DNA of 53,892 nucleotides from Flavobacteriales bacterium. Lineage in GTDB: Bacteria > Bacteroidota > Bacteroidia > Flavobacteriales_D > Sanyastnellaceae. Below the pieces are notes generated by a model that searched no databases, was not told the origin of the DNA, and saw only the letters and a program-made list of their open reading frames with translations. This document shows, piece after piece, positions 37,694 to 47,816 of this stretch. The stretch is from contig JBKCGW010000455.1 of NCBI GenBank assembly GCA_046303175.1, forward strand, positions 1 to 53,892. Direction: 5' to 3'. Position 1 is the first letter of the stretch; every line of letters starts with the position of its first letter. A program made the position numbers and the translations under genes.

Positions 37694-39538
37694 ATGTGTG
37701 GAATAGTAGGATTTATCGGGAGTCAGCAAGCATATCCCATTTTAATAAAAGGCCTAAAGCGTCTGGAATATCGCGGTTACGACAGTGCGGGAGTTGCAAT
37801 GATTGAGAACCAGGCGTTCAATCAATACAAGTGCAAGGGAAAAGTGGCCGACCTCGAGTTGCTCGTGAAAGAGAAGGATGTGGATGGCACCATTGGAATT
37901 GGTCATACACGCTGGGCTACACACGGGGTTCCCAATGATGTGAATGCGCACCCACACCTTTCGGGTGACGGCAATTTGGCTCTCATTCACAATGGAATCA
38001 TTGAAAATTATGCTACTCTCAAGGAAGCACTTATTGGACAGGGCCACATCTTCAAGAGCGATACCGATACTGAGGTTTTGGTACATTTTATTGAAGACAT
38101 CATGGCCAAAACAGGTCACGATTTGTTCGAAGCAGTGCGAGTGGCATTGTGCGAGGTAGTGGGTGCTTATGCAATCGTGGTTATGGACCGCAGATTCCCC
38201 GATCGGTTGGTGTGTGCCAAGAAATCAAGTCCACTGGTAATAGGCATTGGTGCCGAGGGTGATTACTTCATCGCCTCAGACGCTACTCCATTTATTGAGT
38301 ACACCAAGAATGTTGTGTATCTTGAAGACGAGGAAGTTGCTTCGATTGATCGTGGTGCCGGGCTGAAAATTGTAACTATCCAAAATCAACAAAAGGATCC
38401 ATATATACAAGAGCTTGAGATGAAGCTCGAAGCCATAGAGAAGGGCGGCTATGACTCCTTCATGTTGAAGGAAATTCATGAGCAACCACGATCGATTTAT
38501 GACTCTATTCGTGGTCGACTCAACTTGAATCATGGCATGCTCAAAATGAGTGGAATTGATCGCCACGAGGAAATATGGATGAATGCGAATAGGATTATCA
38601 TAGTCGCATGTGGTACTTCATGGCATGCCGGGTTGGTTGCTGAATATCTCTTTGAGGAGTTTGCGCGCATACCAACGGAGGTGGAGTATGCATCCGAGTT
38701 CAGATATCGTGATCCTATTATTCAACCGGGTGACATTGTGATTGCGATTTCGCAATCCGGAGAGACTGCGGATACGCTGGCCGCCATAGAATTGGCCAAG
38801 GAAAAGGGGGCTTTCATTTTTGGAGTTTGCAACGTGGTGGGTTCAACCATTTCCCGTGCAACTCATTCCGGCGCTTATACGCACGCAGGACCGGAAATTG
38901 GAGTGGCATCCACCAAAGCGTTTACAGCACAGGTTGCAGTGCTGTATTTGATAGCGTTATCGGTTGCTGATAAGCGAGGAACCATTAGCAAGGAGCGACT
39001 GCATCGATTGATGGCTGAACTCACTACCATTCCGGATAAAGTAGAAGAAGTACTCAAGACCAATGCACTGGTCGAGTCAATAGCCGATATATACAAAGAC
39101 CATCGAAACGCTTTGTATTTGGGCCGTGGTTATAGTTTCCCGGTAGCTCTCGAGGGAGCCTTGAAGTTGAAGGAAATCTCTTACATACACGCTGAAGGAT
39201 ATCCGGCTGCTGAAATGAAGCACGGGCCAATTGCTCTAATAGATGAGGAGATGCCGGTCTTTGTAATTGCGACTCAGGGCCACTCATACGAGAAGGTAGT
39301 GAGCAACATACAAGAAGTAAAAGCGCGTAAGGGGAAAATTATCGCGATTGTTACAGCGGGCGATAAGACAGTTAGTGAATTGGCTGACCATTCAATCGAA
39401 ATACCCAAAACGGATGATAGTTTGGTGCCGATTGTATCGGTTATACCCCTTCAGTTGCTCTCATACCACGTAGCCGTTATGCGAGGATGCAACGTAGACC
39501 AGCCTCGAAACCTCGCTAAGAGCGTTACTGTTGAGTGA
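37694..39538 (+). CDS. glmS: glutamine--fructose-6-phosphate transaminase (isomerizing)
   Basis: 614 aa. N-terminal nucleophile MCGIVGFIG, two SIS domains, and the C-terminal ...DQPRNLAKSVTVE typical of GlmS. Confidence 0.95.
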   Translation: MCGIVGFIGSQQAYPILIKGLKRLEYRGYDSAGVAMIENQAFNQYKCKGKVADLELLVKEKDVDGTIGIGHTRWATHGVPNDVNAHPHLSGDGNLALIHNGIIENYATLKEALIGQGHIFKSDTDTEVLVHFIEDIMAKTGHDLFEAVRVALCEVVGAYAIVVMDRRFPDRLVCAKKSSPLVIGIGAEGDYFIASDATPFIEYTKNVVYLEDEEVASIDRGAGLKIVTIQNQQKDPYIQELEMKLEAIEKGGYDSFMLKEIHEQPRSIYDSIRGRLNLNHGMLKMSGIDRHEEIWMNANRIIIVACGTSWHAGLVAEYLFEEFARIPTEVEYASEFRYRDPIIQPGDIVIAISQSGETADTLAAIELAKEKGAFIFGVCNVVGSTISRATHSGAYTHAGPEIGVASTKAFTAQVAVLYLIALSVADKRGTISKERLHRLMAELTTIPDKVEEVLKTNALVESIADIYKDHRNALYLGRGYSFPVALEGALKLKEISYIHAEGYPAAEMKHGPIALIDEEMPVFVIATQGHSYEKVVSNIQEVKARKGKIIAIVTAGDKTVSELADHSIEIPKTDDSLVPIVSVIPLQLLSYHVAVMRGCNVDQPRNLAKSVTVE

Positions 39539-39651
39539 TTTTGAGGTTATTAACAAATTCACAACCCGATTGTTGATAAACTCGAGTTTTTGTGTGTCCG
39601 AGTGAATCAATTCATCGGATGTTTGTCTGTACAAATCCAAAATTCAATTAT

Positions 39652-40497
39652 ATGAAAAAAGTAGTTTTGTTCATCGCACTGGTAGCCACCACTGTGGTAG
39701 GTGCACAAGCACAGAAGTTTCAAGGTGGCGAAAAGAACCTTGAAGTGGAGTTCAATCCATTCGGAGGTTCACCAATCGGCATGAACGGTGTTCGTTTCCG
39801 TATGTTCAACAGCGAAAGCAGCGCTATTCGCGTTGGTTTCAACATTGGCGGTACAAACCACAATGAGGTATACTCTCAGCAGTCTTCAGAAGAAGGTTCT
39901 GATGGTGCTGTAGTTATTCTTCCTGAGTTGAACCAAACTCATCAGTCGTTCAACTTCGCTATCCGTCCCGGATACGAAATGCACTTCCCTGGCACAGATC
40001 GTTTGTCACCCTACGTTGGTGCTGAGTTGATGTATGCCATGGAGAGTTCTACACTTACTCGCGAGTTCCACAACGCTAACAACGCCGACGACCAATCGAA
40101 GCCTGAAAACTGGCAGACATGGGACATGAGCGTGAAGAATGGTTCTAGCACTTTTGGCTTGAACGCTCTTGCGGGTGTTGACTTCTACTTCGCTGATAAT
40201 TTCTACCTCGGTGCTGAAATCAACCTCGGTTTCCACAACACTTCTTACAAGGATCGTGAAACTACTGCAAGCAACGAAGACGCATGGAAATACAGCGGTA
40301 TTCAGTACGATCCTTTGACAGGAGCAGGTGATATTGATTTCTACCAAGCTACTTGGAATGCTGAGAATACTGCAATTGAGTACCAGACCATCATCGGTCC
40401 TGGTGACCCAAATTCAGTTGATGGCACTAGCCCAACCAAGTCATCTGGATGGGGTCCAAACTTCCAGTCAACCCTTCGTTTGGGTTGGTTGTTCTAA
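39652..40497 (+). CDS. outer membrane beta-barrel protein
   Basis: Signal peptide MKKVVLFIALVATTVVGAQAQ, alternating hydrophobic beta-strand pattern, and the C-terminal ...LRLGWLF with terminal Phe typical of OM barrels. Confidence 0.7.
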   Translation: MKKVVLFIALVATTVVGAQAQKFQGGEKNLEVEFNPFGGSPIGMNGVRFRMFNSESSAIRVGFNIGGTNHNEVYSQQSSEEGSDGAVVILPELNQTHQSFNFAIRPGYEMHFPGTDRLSPYVGAELMYAMESSTLTREFHNANNADDQSKPENWQTWDMSVKNGSSTFGLNALAGVDFYFADNFYLGAEINLGFHNTSYKDRETTASNEDAWKYSGIQYDPLTGAGDIDFYQATWNAENTAIEYQTIIGPGDPNSVDGTSPTKSSGWGPNFQSTLRLGWLF

Positions 40498-40527
40498 TTG
40501 CAAACCTGCAAACATGAATATTCAAAG

Positions 40528-40553
40528 GGGCTGCCGCGAGGCGGCCCTTTTTG
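40528..40553 (+). terminator. rho-independent terminator
   Basis: gggctgcc-gcga-ggcggccc hairpin (one G-U pair) followed by TTTTTG, 30 nt after the stop at 40497. Confidence 0.75.
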
Positions 40554-40651
40554 ATTTCGGATTATTAATTACGAATGGTGAGGGTATCGTTGAAGCAAGA
40601 AGTAGTTGAATATAGATGGTCAATCGCTCAAATAGACCTTATTTTGCTGAT

Positions 40652-42652
40652 ATGAAAATTCAATCGATTCTTTTGGTGTTCTTGTTGTGTGCCTCAGCCG
40701 ATGCGATACATGCTCAGCATGCTGCAGCACTGGAAATGAATGATAGGGTCGAAACCGGAGAAGTGGGTTTGAGTGTTGCAATCGACCAGCCCAGCCCTGT
40801 GGTTGGCTGTGGTGAGCCGGTTACTCTTACTGCTACAATTATCGGTGCAAGCGAAATAAGTTGGTTGCGCAACGGCGAACCTATCAATGGCGCTACTACC
40901 AACACATTCGTAGCCAATCAGCCCGGTATATATTCGGTTGTAGGGGTTTCATTGCTCTGTCAGCTCGAATCGGCGCCCGTGGAAGTTATACTTGAATCGC
41001 CACTTAACGCGGAAATTTTGAGTCCGCAGGGCACGACCGCATGCGATGGAGATTCTGTATTGCTCCAGGCAACAGGAGGTAATGCACAATGGCAATGGTA
41101 TCGCAACGGTGAGCCAATGGATGGCGCGACTAATGCCACTTTAAACGCATCTCTTCCGGGTAGTTATGTCGTAATTGGCAACGAGACATCGGTTTGTGCT
41201 AGTTCATCTCTTCCTGTGCAGGTAACGTTTGATCCCATTCCCGAGGTGAGTTTAGTTTGGGAATCGAGCCCATTGATTTGCTCGGGTGACAGTCTGGCGA
41301 TATTGGCGGCATTGGAACCGGGTGAGGTATTGACCTGGTATTACAATGAAACTTTTGTCGAAACGGGTTCAAGTACTTATTATGCCAGTGGGGCAGGCGA
41401 GTATCATGCAGAGGTACTGAATACACTTACGGGATGTGGTTCGCTTACAAGCTCGCTCAACTTGGAAGTATTAACCGAGCAATCGATTGTTGTTGAGTCA
41501 GCGGGAAATACAGGTGTTTGCGAGGGTCAGTCGGTTACTTTGTTTGTTGCAACAGGTGTAGGAACCATACAATGGTTTAACAATGAGTCTGCTATGGAGG
41601 GCTCGAACTCCTCGGTATTAACCACCTTCACGGAAGGTCAGTATATAGCTCAGGTAACGGATGACAGCGGATGTCGCTCTAATTCGAACCCGCTTTTTGT
41701 AGAAGTATTTCCATTGCCATCTGTTGAGTTTCTTCTGGATGAAGGATCAGCGGTGTTGTGTGGTCAGGAGGATACCGTGAGGGTCGAGGTGGCAGGCGGT
41801 AACGCATATACCTGGTACAACGGGGAAACTGAACTGGCAGGTGAGGATAGCAATGTGCTTGAAATAACCGAGGTTGGCGAATTTTCAGTGCAAGTTGCGA
41901 ATCCGGAGGGTTGTGTGGCCATTTCACAACTCCTTAGTGTGCAGGCTTTCGATATTCCTACGCTTGATTTAATACCGAACGGTACCATTAACCTATGCGA
42001 TGGTCAGACCTTGTTGTTTGAGGCTATAGCTGAAGCAGATGTTCAATACACATGGTATTCTAGCGGTCAGCCAATCGAAGGAGAATTCGGCACCGCCATT
42101 GAGGTCGCAGAAGGTGGCGAGTATTCGATTGTGGTTTTGAATGACAATGGTTGTTCAAATTCAGCGATGGCCCAAGTTGAGTTGGTTTCTGTTTCTACGC
42201 CAATCATCGTGGATGGCGGTGTAACCTCAGATGGTCAGCTTCTTCTGACCGATGAAGCTTCAGGTCACCAATGGTATTTGAACGGCGAAGAAATCTCAGG
42301 CGCAACAGGTAATAGCTATGTCGCTACGGAAAATGGCATCTACACGTGCATTGCAATTGAAGATATTTGCGAATCGACATTATCGGCAGGCTTTGAGGTG
42401 GTGTTAGGAGGAGTGTTGGAAGGGTCCATTGCCTTGAAGCTATATCCCAATCCTGCCCAGGATTTCATTGTATTCGAGCGCACTTTGCTAACGGGGTCAA
42501 CGTTTTCAGTCTACGATGTTGCCGGGCGGGAGGTGTTGAGGGGTATAATCACAAACGCACGAACGACGGTTGGTGTCAGTAATTTGGGAGTTGGATTGTA
42601 TCGCTTAGTATTTGCCGAAGGAGAACAGATGTCGTTTTCAGTGGTGCGATAG
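40652..42652 (+). CDS. T9SS type A sorting domain protein with seven tandem Ig-like repeats
   Basis: Start MKIQSILLVFLLCASADAIHAQ. There are seven ~80 aa repeats, each containing W(Y/F/L)xNGExxxGA-type strands. The C-terminus LKLYPNPAQDFIVFERT...GLYRLVFAEGEQMSFSVVR is a Por_Secre_tail. Confidence 0.85.
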   Translation: MKIQSILLVFLLCASADAIHAQHAAALEMNDRVETGEVGLSVAIDQPSPVVGCGEPVTLTATIIGASEISWLRNGEPINGATTNTFVANQPGIYSVVGVSLLCQLESAPVEVILESPLNAEILSPQGTTACDGDSVLLQATGGNAQWQWYRNGEPMDGATNATLNASLPGSYVVIGNETSVCASSSLPVQVTFDPIPEVSLVWESSPLICSGDSLAILAALEPGEVLTWYYNETFVETGSSTYYASGAGEYHAEVLNTLTGCGSLTSSLNLEVLTEQSIVVESAGNTGVCEGQSVTLFVATGVGTIQWFNNESAMEGSNSSVLTTFTEGQYIAQVTDDSGCRSNSNPLFVEVFPLPSVEFLLDEGSAVLCGQEDTVRVEVAGGNAYTWYNGETELAGEDSNVLEITEVGEFSVQVANPEGCVAISQLLSVQAFDIPTLDLIPNGTINLCDGQTLLFEAIAEADVQYTWYSSGQPIEGEFGTAIEVAEGGEYSIVVLNDNGCSNSAMAQVELVSVSTPIIVDGGVTSDGQLLLTDEASGHQWYLNGEEISGATGNSYVATENGIYTCIAIEDICESTLSAGFEVVLGGVLEGSIALKLYPNPAQDFIVFERTLLTGSTFSVYDVAGREVLRGIITNARTTVGVSNLGVGLYRLVFAEGEQMSFSVVR

Positions 42653-42810
42653 CAATTCGACCTGTATTTGTGAATTTATTTTAGCTTTTAGGAGCTGAAG
42701 AAATCACGGTTTGCTGTTAACATTTATCTGTCGGAAATGGACTGCACAACGTAAGTATGCCTGGTTAGGACTGTAGGATATTGCAAATATCAATTTCAGA
42801 CACGTCCGTT

Positions 42811-45800
42811 ATGAAGCATATTACCATTCTCTTTTTTTGGTTGTTAACATCGTCAGCTATAACCGCGCAACTAGCGAACGGCTCAATTGGCGCTGATTTC
42901 ACCGTTACTGATCAATTCGGAACTAATCATAATCTCTATTCTTATTTAGATCAAGATTACACGGTTTTTTTGGTTTTTGACGCTACATGGAACGGCCCAG
43001 GGTGGTCCTATCATACGAGCGGTGCTATGGGCGATTTATATACAGAGCATGGTCCTTTTGGTGCGCCGGGGGTGCTCAGTTCAACAACGGATGATGCAAT
43101 GGTCATTTGGATTGAAACTGACGGAACCACCACAGAGCAAGACATGGTAGGCACGGGATCAAGCACTCAAGGAAATTGGTTGAATCCATCAGGAATACCC
43201 ATTCAATATCCAATGGCCAATCTTCTGACTGTTCAGGCAGATCAAATCAATCAGAATTACGAAATAGCCTATTTCCCAACGGTATATCGAGTATGTCCAA
43301 ATCGCTTCGTCACAGAGGTTGGACAAATTGATGCTGTGGACCTTTATGCAACTGTTTCTGATTGTCCTCCACCTGCCTTCACGAATGTTGACCCGGCAAT
43401 TGTAAATTATGAGGGTCTAAGCAGCGCTTGCGATGAATTGGAGGTGATTGTTTTGCTACAGAATAATGGATTGTTGCCACTTACATCGTGCACTTTTCAA
43501 ATTGAACTTGGCTCAGCTTCATCACAGTATACGTGGAATGGTAACCTTAGTACTTATCAAATTGCAAGTGTAAACCTGGGTGTTTTACCGATTAGTCAGT
43601 CTGAACTTCTGAATGTGACCATCATTTCTTCTGACGGCAATGCACAAAATAATTCAATAACGGAATCAATTGTATTTGCAGGCAATTCGACACAGAGTCT
43701 TCGATTAGACATTGAGTTTGACAATTGGCCGGAGGAGTTTTCTTGGGCGATATTCAATGAGCAAAATACAGCGGTTGCATCAGAGCAATACTCAAACGCT
43801 AATCCTGACGGATCGAGTATTACCGAATACATAGAATTACCGGCACTTGGCTGTTATCGCTTTGTTGCATACGACGCGTATGGCGATGGACTCAATGGGT
43901 CCATTTGGGGTGCTCAAGACGGTTCTGTTTTGTTGACGTCTTATTCATCAACCAATGCGTTATATAGTACTATTTGGAATTATGCGGGGGATTATGGGTT
44001 CTATGAAGAATATACCTTTTTCAGGGTGGTTGAAGAGACGGGGCAATTTGGCTGCACCAATGTGCAGGCATGCAATTATTGGCCATCGGCAACCATTGAT
44101 GATGGTAGTTGTTTTTTCGTTGGCTCTGCGTGCAATGATGGAAATAACAACACAGTTGGGGATGTCATACAATCGAATTGCAACTGTCAGGGATATACAG
44201 GAGGTTGCACGGATGTGAATGCGTGCAATTACGATCCGAATGCAGGAGCTGATGACGGAACCTGTTTCCATCCCGGCAGCCCTTGTAACGACGGCAATAG
44301 CAATACGTTCGGTGATGTGTATCAGGACAACTGTGTTTGTGCCGGATCGAATAATTGTAATCCATTTGGATACAACTTCACACAAGCGGGGGAATACATA
44401 TATCCCGCGCAAGGTGCTGCAATAAGCGATGGCTGTGTGGGTGAGCCCTATTTGCAATCGGTATACTTCTTAGTTCCGACGGATTTAGGAACACTGGCAC
44501 CTGAATATGCTGGCGTCCTTGTTCAGAGCTTTCAAATCGCAGGCTTAAGTATCGATGGTATTGCGGCGTCGGGCTATGGTTTTGATTGGGATTGTGATAT
44601 TACGGGCTGCTTATACAATGCAGGCGAGCAGCATTGCATTACTATTTATGGCGTGCCTAATCAGAGCGGCAGTTATGTTCTCAATGTAGATATTGTTGTC
44701 AATGCAATCTTTGTTGGTGTTCCGCTGGAGTTGCCCTATTCAACAGGAAGCTATACACTAGAGGTATCAGCTATTTGTGGCAATGTTTTTTCCGGTTGTA
44801 CAAACCCGATTGCATGTAATTATAATCCGCAGGCTCAATTTAATGATGGTACTTGTATCATTCCGGGGAATCCTTGCAACGATAATAATTCGTCTACAAT
44901 AAATGATGTTTTCCAAACAGACTGTGGGTGTGAGGGAGAATCCATTGACCCGGGCTGTTCGGGCTTTACGGTTAGCAATAATGTTGTTTCACCCACATGC
45001 ACAGGTGACTCTGATGGTTCGATTTCATTGATGGTTACAGGCAATACAGGGCCGTTTTCAGTTGAATGGGGTATAGGAGAAACAGGAATGCAGCGTAGTG
45101 GGCTAGTTGCGGGTGCATATAGTGTATCTATTATGGATGCGGTTGGATGTACAGAGACTCTTTCGTTCGCCCTTTCAGATCCTGATGAATTAGTAATTGC
45201 TGCCGCCACCTCAAGCCCCGCATGCGAAGGGGGTGATGATGGCAGCGCAACCGTGCAGGTTTCCGGGGGAACAGGCCCTTATTCGTATGCGTGGAATACC
45301 ACGCCTATAAATACGTCTTCATCCGTTACTAATTTATCCGCAGGAACATACATTGTCCAAGTTATGGACGCCTCCGGATGTGTGGCGCTGGAATTAGTAG
45401 AGATTGAAGAATCAACCAATGCATTCAGTATAACGGCCAATACTTCTCAAGCCTCATGCTTACAGAATAACGGTTCTGCAATTGTTGTGGTTAGCGATGC
45501 TACGGAACCAGTAAGCTATTTATGGAACACTGGTCAAACCACACAACAGATTACCGGTTTATCGGCAGGTATCTATTCTGTGGTAGTTTCCTCGGGAGGT
45601 TGCACCGAAGAAACCGTTGCAATAGTGAATAATCAAAATGCTCCGGCGGTATTATTATTAGGAACTTCACCGGCTTGTTTTGCACAGAATACGGGTTTGA
45701 TAACATCAGTAGTAAACGGAGGTGCTCTGCCCTATACTTATGTTTGGAGTAATGGAGGTTCAGGCACGCAGCTGACAAACCTAATTGCCGGAACATATAC

Positions 45801-46824
45801 GCTTGTGATTGTGGATGCGCAAGGGTGTCAGGCATCTCAGCAATACACACTGACTCAACCCAATCCGCTTGTTGTGGAGCTATCCGTTACAAACACCTCA
45901 TGCCTCACCGAAACCGGCTCCATCGAAGCAGTTGTGCTTGGGGGCACATCTCCCTACAGTTATGAATGGAGCAACGGATCTTCTTCTCAAAGCGTAGGAA
46001 ATTTATCGGCAGGGAACTACTCGTTGGCGATTCAGGACGCGCAAGGTTGCACGGCCAATTCTGTTGCTGAAGTAATTGAGCCCCTTGGGGTAGAATTGGC
46101 AACGATAATCATCAATCCATCCTGCGGCAGCAGCCCCGATGGAAGTGCAGAGGTGGTTGTTATACAAGGCACTCCGCCATTTAACATTGAGTGGAGCAAT
46201 GGGTTGATGGACCAAACATTATTACCGAATCTTGTAGCAGGCACATATGGCGTGACCGTCACGGATGCGCTAGGTTGCAGTGACTTTGCAGAGGCTGAAT
46301 TGGTTGCGGACGCTAGTTATGATCCTGAAATTCTGGGTCCTGTAGTTGCAGATCCGTTTGCGGTAAGTGTTTATTCTTTGCCGAGTATAACAGGCGCTAT
46401 CTACAATTGGGAGGTGTCAGGGGGTAATGTTCTTACCGGTCAGAACTCGAATTATATCGAAGTGCAGTGGGGCACTGACTTCAATTCATCGGTTCAGGTA
46501 ACCGTGCAACTGGCAGATGGCTGCATCTATACTGATGTATTAGTGGTAGAGGTTGGTTTGTATTCCCATGAAATTCGACTTAATGAACAGGATATTGAGA
46601 TTTATCCCAATCCGTTCAACGATAAAATTGTTATGCGATTAATTCATGATTCGGATAAGCTAATTTCTTACAAGCTTTATGAGCCGCGGGGTATGCTGGT
46701 TGCGCAGGGAATGTTGACCGGAGAGCAGTATCAATTGGATACAGAAATGTTACCCGCCTCTACCTACATACTGGAAGTGAATTACGGGGATAAAATGGGT
46801 CGCGTTCGTATCGTGAAAAACTGA
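42811..46824 (+). CDS. large T9SS type A sorting domain protein with SprB-type repeats and Cys-rich modules
   Basis: Start MKHITILFFWLLTSSAITAQ. There are six SprB-like repeats (e.g. CEGGDDGSATVQVSGGTGPYSYAWNT...AGTYIVQVMDASGC) and three Cys-rich ACNY-type modules. The C-terminus IEIYPNPFNDKIVMRL...STYILEVNYGDKMGRVRIVKN is a Por_Secre_tail. Confidence 0.85.
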   Translation: MKHITILFFWLLTSSAITAQLANGSIGADFTVTDQFGTNHNLYSYLDQDYTVFLVFDATWNGPGWSYHTSGAMGDLYTEHGPFGAPGVLSSTTDDAMVIWIETDGTTTEQDMVGTGSSTQGNWLNPSGIPIQYPMANLLTVQADQINQNYEIAYFPTVYRVCPNRFVTEVGQIDAVDLYATVSDCPPPAFTNVDPAIVNYEGLSSACDELEVIVLLQNNGLLPLTSCTFQIELGSASSQYTWNGNLSTYQIASVNLGVLPISQSELLNVTIISSDGNAQNNSITESIVFAGNSTQSLRLDIEFDNWPEEFSWAIFNEQNTAVASEQYSNANPDGSSITEYIELPALGCYRFVAYDAYGDGLNGSIWGAQDGSVLLTSYSSTNALYSTIWNYAGDYGFYEEYTFFRVVEETGQFGCTNVQACNYWPSATIDDGSCFFVGSACNDGNNNTVGDVIQSNCNCQGYTGGCTDVNACNYDPNAGADDGTCFHPGSPCNDGNSNTFGDVYQDNCVCAGSNNCNPFGYNFTQAGEYIYPAQGAAISDGCVGEPYLQSVYFLVPTDLGTLAPEYAGVLVQSFQIAGLSIDGIAASGYGFDWDCDITGCLYNAGEQHCITIYGVPNQSGSYVLNVDIVVNAIFVGVPLELPYSTGSYTLEVSAICGNVFSGCTNPIACNYNPQAQFNDGTCIIPGNPCNDNNSSTINDVFQTDCGCEGESIDPGCSGFTVSNNVVSPTCTGDSDGSISLMVTGNTGPFSVEWGIGETGMQRSGLVAGAYSVSIMDAVGCTETLSFALSDPDELVIAAATSSPACEGGDDGSATVQVSGGTGPYSYAWNTTPINTSSSVTNLSAGTYIVQVMDASGCVALELVEIEESTNAFSITANTSQASCLQNNGSAIVVVSDATEPVSYLWNTGQTTQQITGLSAGIYSVVVSSGGCTEETVAIVNNQNAPAVLLLGTSPACFAQNTGLITSVVNGGALPYTYVWSNGGSGTQLTNLIAGTYTLVIVDAQGCQASQQYTLTQPNPLVVELSVTNTSCLTETGSIEAVVLGGTSPYSYEWSNGSSSQSVGNLSAGNYSLAIQDAQGCTANSVAEVIEPLGVELATIIINPSCGSSPDGSAEVVVIQGTPPFNIEWSNGLMDQTLLPNLVAGTYGVTVTDALGCSDFAEAELVADASYDPEILGPVVADPFAVSVYSLPSITGAIYNWEVSGGNVLTGQNSNYIEVQWGTDFNSSVQVTVQLADGCIYTDVLVVEVGLYSHEIRLNEQDIEIYPNPFNDKIVMRLIHDSDKLISYKLYEPRGMLVAQGMLTGEQYQLDTEMLPASTYILEVNYGDKMGRVRIVKN

Positions 46825-46842
46825 TTGTTTCGAAGATATTTT

Positions 46843-46879
46843 GAGGCGCGGACAAATAGAACAGCATTCTCTGCGCCTC
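46843..46879. repeat. partial CTCTGYG-hairpin element between convergent genes
   Basis: gaggcgc (46843-46849) pairs with gcgcctc (46873-46879). The right arm ttctctgcgcctc is the same string as at 2965-2978. Confidence 0.55.
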
Positions 46880-46889
46880 TGCAAAAAAC

Positions 46890-47816
46890 CTACACCAACT
46901 CGATTTCAAACTCGGTGAGCTGAACGAACTGTTCAATGCGTTCGTGAATCTCTTCCTTGGTGATTTCGAGCAGACGATCAGGACCAAATTTTTCGCATGT
47001 GAAGGAAGCCATGGCAGAGCCAACGATGATGGCGCGCTTCATGTTTTCGAACGAGATGTTTTCTGTTTGTGCGAGGTAACCGATAAAGCCACCTGCGAAC
47101 GTATCGCCTGCACCTGGTGGGTCAACTACTTCCTCGAGCGGCAACGCCGGCGCGAAGAACACGTTGTTTTTGTCGAACAGCAATGCACCGTGTTCGCCTT
47201 TTTTGATGATGAGGTATTTCGGACCTAGTTCTAGGATTTTCTTAGCGGCTTTTACCAATGAGTGTTCCTTGGCCAATTGACGCGCCTCTTCGTCATTGAT
47301 AGTAAGCACATCTACTTTAGCAATCACCTGCATGAGGTCGTCCCAAGCGATGTCCATCCAGAAGTTCATGGTGTCCATGACCACGAGTTTCGGGCGTTCG
47401 TTCAATTGCTCTATTACGCGCATTTGAACGGCAGGGGCCAAGTTTCCGAGCATCAGGAAGTCGCAGTTTTTGTAGGCCTCGGGAACCACTGGGTCGAAGG
47501 ATGCCAGCACGTTGAGATCAGTGACTAGTGTGTCGCGCGAGTTCATGTCGTAGTGGTATTTGCCCGACCAGTAGAACGACTTTTCGCCCTGCTTGATTTG
47601 CAGTCCGCCTTGATCGATACCGCGCTTGGTCATTTCATCGAGCATGGATTGCGGGAAGTCGTCGCCCACCACCGACACCAGGCCGGAAGCATTCACGAAG
47701 TGCGATGCGCACAAGGTGATGTAAGTAGCTGCACCACCAATAACGCGATCTTGCTTCGCGAAAGGGGTTTCAATAGAATCGAAGGCAACGGTGCCTACTG
47801 CAACAAGACTGGCCAT
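46890..47816 (-). CDS. PfkB family carbohydrate/nucleoside kinase
   Basis: 308 aa. The C-terminal PfkB signature is VVDPPGAGDTFAGGFIGYL. The N-terminal GG dipeptide region is VIGGAATY. Confidence 0.85.
   Translation of the reverse strand: MASLVAVGTVAFDSIETPFAKQDRVIGGAATYITLCASHFVNASGLVSVVGDDFPQSMLDEMTKRGIDQGGLQIKQGEKSFYWSGKYHYDMNSRDTLVTDLNVLASFDPVVPEAYKNCDFLMLGNLAPAVQMRVIEQLNERPKLVVMDTMNFWMDIAWDDLMQVIAKVDVLTINDEEARQLAKEHSLVKAAKKILELGPKYLIIKKGEHGALLFDKNNVFFAPALPLEEVVDPPGAGDTFAGGFIGYLAQTENISFENMKRAIIVGSAMASFTCEKFGPDRLLEITKEEIHERIEQFVQLTEFEIELV

Noticed and set aside
43960-44457. 165 aa minus-strand ORF inside the 1337 aa T9SS cargo gene
   Set aside because: It is antisense to a gene with clear domain repeats. 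Its Ile/Arg-rich translation has no motifs.
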